Assembly: GCF_001194135.2 (NCBI RefSeq)
Contig: NC_068985.1
Span: 93,928,372 to 93,962,563 of the forward strand
From: Octopus bimaculoides
Taxonomy: Eukaryota
Length of the DNA: 34,192 bases
Reading direction: 5' to 3'
The translations under genes and the position numbers were made by a program. The notes beneath the pieces are model-generated. The model worked only from the letters and a program-made list of their open reading frames with translations, was not told where the DNA came from and made no database searches. Below are positions 33,378 to 34,192 of the stretch, in pieces; position 1 is the first letter of the stretch, and each line of letters opens with the position of its first letter.

Positions 33378-33421
33378 TCTATATATATATATAAATGAGA
33401 ATGTGTGACTGTCTCTCTGTC

Positions 33422-33458
<37 letters not shown>

Positions 33459-33724
33459 CTCTAAAACTCGAGAACTACGCAACCAATTTCATTCAAATTT
33501 TACAGATGCCTTACTTAGGGTTCCAGTTGTGTTTTAGTCAAAAAAAAGTTTTAACTTCTTGCAGAGTTCGATCCCACGGCAACATAATATCTCCTCCACT
33601 ATTTAAGTATTACGTGTCAAAAGTGAAACAAAAACACTCATGTCAAATACTTTCACTTTAAAAATGAAACTATTCCACTAACTGAAACAATCACATTTCG
33701 ATACTGTAATGACAGATACTTTCA
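33378..33724 (+). mobile_element. putative non-autonomous Helitron/DINE-1(HINE)-like element, 5' part
   Basis: Starts a|tctatatatat..., then a (GTCT)/(GT)n microsatellite, then core 'aactcgagaactacgcaaccaatttcattcaaatttt'. This layout is typical of DINE-1-like elements. A second similar core 'aactacgtcaaaagtactgaacggatctttatgaaattt' lies at about 34023-34061. No 3' CTRR end seen. Confidence 0.45.
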
Positions 33725-34000
33725 GAGAGAGAGAAAGAGAGAAAGAGAGAGAGAACGAGAGAGAGAGAGAAATGTATATGTATACATATAGATGTATATG
33801 TACACACATATGTATAGAAATATATATAGATATAGATCTATATGCATACATGTATATGTATACATGTGTAGATGTATATATATATATATAGATGTACATG
33901 TAATTTGTACACATATATACATATATATATACATGCATACAGATATCTATACATATATACACCCATCACACACATACACATGCACACAAACACACATATT
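33725..34000. repeat. (GA)n and degenerate (TA/CA)n low-complexity tract
   Basis: Direct reading. Confidence 0.9.
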
Positions 34001-34192
34001 AGTCATTTGTTTTCTTATCCAAAACTACGTCAAAAGTACTGAACGGATCTTTATGAAATTTGGAAATTATATTCTATGCATAACGGCCATAACTCCCATA
34101 AAAATTCATATATTTTTGCTGTTGATGAAATTTTAACCCGAACATAACAGATGAGCATTATTTGTAATTCAACGGTACAACAGTGTAAGACT

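Overview
Non-coding, AT-rich, repeat-saturated animal genomic DNA, most likely an Octopus (cephalopod) draft assembly. This is inferred from the SINE families and from N-gaps that mostly sit next to microsatellites. No host protein-coding gene, intact transposon ORF, canonical RNA gene or CRISPR array can be supported. Content: (i) many copies of at least four tRNA-derived SINE families (a Nin/Deu-domain family with two alternative tails, a CORE/Meta-like family with an internal microsatellite, a third family with a 'ccagtccactcagc' core, and a minimal tRNA+(AAT)n element); (ii) decayed 3' fragments of two restriction-like-endonuclease non-LTR retrotransposons (HERO-like on +, R4/Dong-like on -); (iii) mariner transposase remnants and MITEs; (iv) putative piggyBac-type MITEs and Helitron/DINE-like non-autonomous elements; (v) abundant micro- and minisatellites; (vi) about 2.2 kb of N gaps that could hide features. 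I found no convincing novel gene system. The most interesting signals concern SINE architecture: modular tail swapping, microsatellite-carrying composite SINEs, a palindromic tRNA-derived element, and inverted SINE pairs that could form dsRNA. All family assignments come from manual motif recognition; no database search was run.
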